Positions 25,835 through 27,862 of a DNA stretch of 27,862 nucleotides are shown here, one piece after another. The DNA is from an uncultured archaeon (lineage in GTDB: Archaea; Altiarchaeota; Altiarchaeia; JAFGQM01), in contig CAZQBY010000004.1 in the NCBI GenBank assembly GCA_964592405.1, forward strand, positions 73,660 through 101,521. The letters are read 5' to 3'. Made by a program: the position numbers and the translations under genes. Under the pieces are notes generated by a model. It worked only from the letters and a program-made list of their open reading frames with translations. It was not told the DNA's origin and did no database searches. How positions within the stretch are numbered: the stretch's first letter is position 1; each line of letters starts with the position of its first letter.

Positions 25835-26089
25835 ATGACCGGAGAGCACGAGGGAAGGGAGAACCTTACGGAAGAAACAAAAAATCTGGAGAGGGCAAGG
25901 CAGTCGCTTATCGAGGAGCTGGAGGCGATAAACCGGTATCAGGAGAGAGTGGAGGCTACCAAGGACGCGGAGCTGAAGAAACTGCTGGAGCACAACCGCG
26001 ACGAGGAGAAAGAGCACGCAGCGATGCTAATCGAGTATCTGCGCAAGAGAGACAAGACTCAAGACAGGATGTTCGAGGAGCACGACTGA
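25835..26089 (+). CDS. Encapsulin-associated-type ferritin-like protein (half four-helix bundle), 84 aa
   Basis: RARQSLIEELEAINRYQER...LEHNRDEEKEHAAML, closely matching the EncFtn ferroxidase signature (EELEA..Y..R / HNRDEEKEH). Confidence 0.88.
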   Translation: MTGEHEGRENLTEETKNLERARQSLIEELEAINRYQERVEATKDAELKKLLEHNRDEEKEHAAMLIEYLRKRDKTQDRMFEEHD

Positions 26090-26123
26090 TGGTATTTGTA
26101 TATCTTGCCCCTAAAATATCCCT

Positions 26124-26747
26124 ATGCCACCAAAGCCTCATAGGAGAGCGGTCCTTCTGACTCCCGATGGCAGGCCAAGAACCGGGGCATTTGTCAATAT
26201 ACATGAGAGCAGGCTGGCTGGGAGCGCCCATAGCATAGTCGAGCGCGGCTCTCATGAGGGCAAGCCGGTCATCCTTCGTCGGCCCGAAAACAGATTTGGC
26301 ATACGCATGCTTGTCATGAGCCACGTACTCAATGAGCATCTGAGGAAGCATGGCTTTCCGGTGCCAGAGCTGAACGCCCTTGCACTTGTTCAGGGGGAGT
26401 CTGGCCACAGGAAGCTGGCGCATGTCATGGATGACCTGACGGAGGGTGGAAGGCTGGAGGCTGTCACGATGTTCAAGGATGGATGGGAACTGATGCCTTC
26501 TGCACGATTGTCTCCAAATATCGCAAGATTCGAGAGAGAGGCCCTGCAGCACAAAGCTAGGGCAGAGGCAATGGGATTTAAATTCAGGGGTCCAGAATTT
26601 ATGCTCGTCAGGGATCCGGAAACCAAGAGGATTGTGAGAATCGCCATAACGGACACTAAGACAGTCGATGGACATGGCGAGCACTGGGATGAAGTTATGC
26701 GTAAGTACACCTTCTTGGATAATGCCGTAAGGGGGAAGCTGCACTAA
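26124..26747 (+). CDS. Hypothetical protein with degenerate protein-kinase-like motifs
   Basis: 207-aa ORF; motif order LAGSAHSIVERG, GKPVILRR, GFPVP, VMDDL, PEFMLV, IAITD. Confidence 0.6.
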   Translation: MPPKPHRRAVLLTPDGRPRTGAFVNIHESRLAGSAHSIVERGSHEGKPVILRRPENRFGIRMLVMSHVLNEHLRKHGFPVPELNALALVQGESGHRKLAHVMDDLTEGGRLEAVTMFKDGWELMPSARLSPNIARFEREALQHKARAEAMGFKFRGPEFMLVRDPETKRIVRIAITDTKTVDGHGEHWDEVMRKYTFLDNAVRGKLH

Positions 26748-26751
26748 TCAG

Positions 26752-27600
26752 TTATCTCCTGACCCTCACATACCAGTATATCACGCCCCCCAGCAGCACG
26801 AAGACCAAGACCCAGCTTATCCAACTGTTGTCGGTGCCCTCCTCTCTGCCAGACTCTTCGGGCGCGGCTAGCTCCGGAAACTCCCAGACGCAGACCAAAT
26901 CGTCGAACGGGTTGGTCCACGGGACGAAGTCAGTCTTTTGCCAGACAATCCTAGTCCGGTTACCCTGGCTGGTGGATGAATAGCCGGACGGCGAGCACTT
27001 GACGGATTCTGCTCCCTCCGGCAGCAAGAACTCGAACCTGCCGGCTGGGGTGATGTGATTGTCGGGGGTGCTGCCGTTGATGAGGAGGTTCACGTTGTAG
27101 CCGAAGATGTCTCCGTAGAGGGGCTCGGAGAAGCGGATTACCCATTCTTTCTCCTGGCCGGGGGCGAAGGTCGAGTTCCAGCCCTCCAGGAGCAGGTCAA
27201 CGGTTATGAGGCCCGTGTCCTCATGGAGGGTGGCCCCCTCGGGAAGGTCAAGGGCTCTTATGTGAAACTTCCTCGTCCTGTCGTCAGTGTTCTTGAGCAT
27301 GTAGATGGCTGTGACGTAGGCCTCTCCTCCGGACAGGTCCGCCATGACATTCACGCTCCCTATCCTCAGGGGGCCGTTGTAGCGCAGGGCGTCTTTGAAG
27401 GCCAGCTCGTTGATGAAGAGGTCGGTGAGGTCGCCGGAGGCCGACATAGACTTCAGCTCCTCGTAGCCTGACTTGCTGCAGTACTCCTCTATGCCGTAGC
27501 GGGAGCAGTAGAGGGGCTCGTCTTCAAGGGGGACATACGCGGCCGACGCGAGGGCCGCGAGCAGAGCCAAAGAAACCAGAGCAAAGAGTTTCATTTTCAT
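26752..27600 (-). CDS. Secreted protein with C-terminal transmembrane anchor (282 aa)
   Basis: Signal peptide MKMKLFALVSLALLAALASA; acidic linker; WISWVLVFVLLGGVIYWYV followed by RVRR. Confidence 0.82.
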   Translation of the reverse strand: MKMKLFALVSLALLAALASAAYVPLEDEPLYCSRYGIEEYCSKSGYEELKSMSASGDLTDLFINELAFKDALRYNGPLRIGSVNVMADLSGGEAYVTAIYMLKNTDDRTRKFHIRALDLPEGATLHEDTGLITVDLLLEGWNSTFAPGQEKEWVIRFSEPLYGDIFGYNVNLLINGSTPDNHITPAGRFEFLLPEGAESVKCSPSGYSSTSQGNRTRIVWQKTDFVPWTNPFDDLVCVWEFPELAAPEESGREEGTDNSWISWVLVFVLLGGVIYWYVRVRR

Positions 27601-27631
27601 TTTGGTTATCGCAGGGGATTTAAAAATGAGG

Positions 27632-27862
27632 TCACTGGACTTTGGACCAAGATATGTCGCATTCGCCCAGAGCTTTCTTCAGACCCATGTATTCCTCTCT
27701 TGAAACCCCGGTGCCGCTCAGGTCCAGCCGCTTCAGATTCCTCAGCCCGGAGAGGGGTCTGATGTCGGAGACCTTGGTGTCATACAGCCACAGCCACTTC
27801 AGATTCCTCAGCCCGGAGAGGGGCGTGATGTCGGAGACCCTGGTGTCGCTCAGCCACAGCTC
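27632..27862 (-). CDS. C-terminus of a leucine-rich-repeat protein (22-aa internalin/SDS22-like repeats), truncated at the right edge
   Basis: Manual translation: ELWLSDTRVSDITPLSGLRNLK WLWLYDTKVSDIRPLSGLRNLK RLDLSGTGVSREEYMGLKKALGECDISWSKVQ-stop (27632-27634). Confidence 0.9.
   Translation of the reverse strand, partial: ELWLSDTRVSDITPLSGLRNLKWLWLYDTKVSDIRPLSGLRNLKRLDLSGTGVSREEYMGLKKALGECDISWSKVQ
27731..27862. repeat. 66-bp tandem repeat, two near-identical copies visible (LRR coding units)
   Basis: Copies start at 27731 and 27797 (CTTCAGATTCCTCAGCCCGGAGAGGGG...). Confidence 0.92.

Noticed and set aside
25956-26744. 262-aa minus-strand ORF
   Set aside because: Overlaps the ferritin gene and is antisense to 26124..26747, which has more protein-like composition and fits the gap without overlap.
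27731-27862. CRISPR repeats or DGR template/variable repeat pair
   Set aside because: Units are contiguous 66-bp in-frame LRR codons, the differences are not confined to adenines of one copy, and no reverse transcriptase or cas gene is visible.

Overview
Gene-dense archaeal chromosomal segment (Alba, archaeal NusA-like KH protein, TATA boxes about 25 nt before many start codons, frequent 4-nt start/stop overlaps). A DPANN-type lineage is suggested but not proven. Left half: truncated chorismate mutase, a small CxxC zinc-finger gene missed by the ORF track, a SAM methyltransferase, a DtxR/MntR-family regulator plus feoB behind a TTAGGT-N2-ACCTAA operator, a bacterial-type (GAD-insert, H31/G83 non-discriminating-like) aspartyl-tRNA synthetase, NusA-like, Alba, DUF202, DUF460 and aroA. 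Middle: a divergent module of a probable Re-citrate synthase, aconitase and isocitrate dehydrogenase sharing a 39-bp spacer. Right half: a 7.8-kb co-oriented, largely translationally coupled 13-gene cluster of unknown function (DUF134 regulator, DUF5320, two NifB/NifX-family proteins, CDF-NifX fusion, small membrane protein, two ferredoxin-inserted MinD-like ATPases, metallo-beta-lactamase-fold protein, TsaA/TrmO, methyltransferase, radical SAM, encapsulin-type ferritin) preceded by a perfect 14-bp palindrome abutting its TATA box. This cluster is the best candidate for an uncharacterised metal/Fe-S handling system. The window ends with a pseudokinase-like ORF, a surface-anchored protein and a truncated 22-aa LRR gene. 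No rRNA, tRNA, CRISPR array or transposase was recognised. All family assignments come from motif recognition by eye, not database searches.
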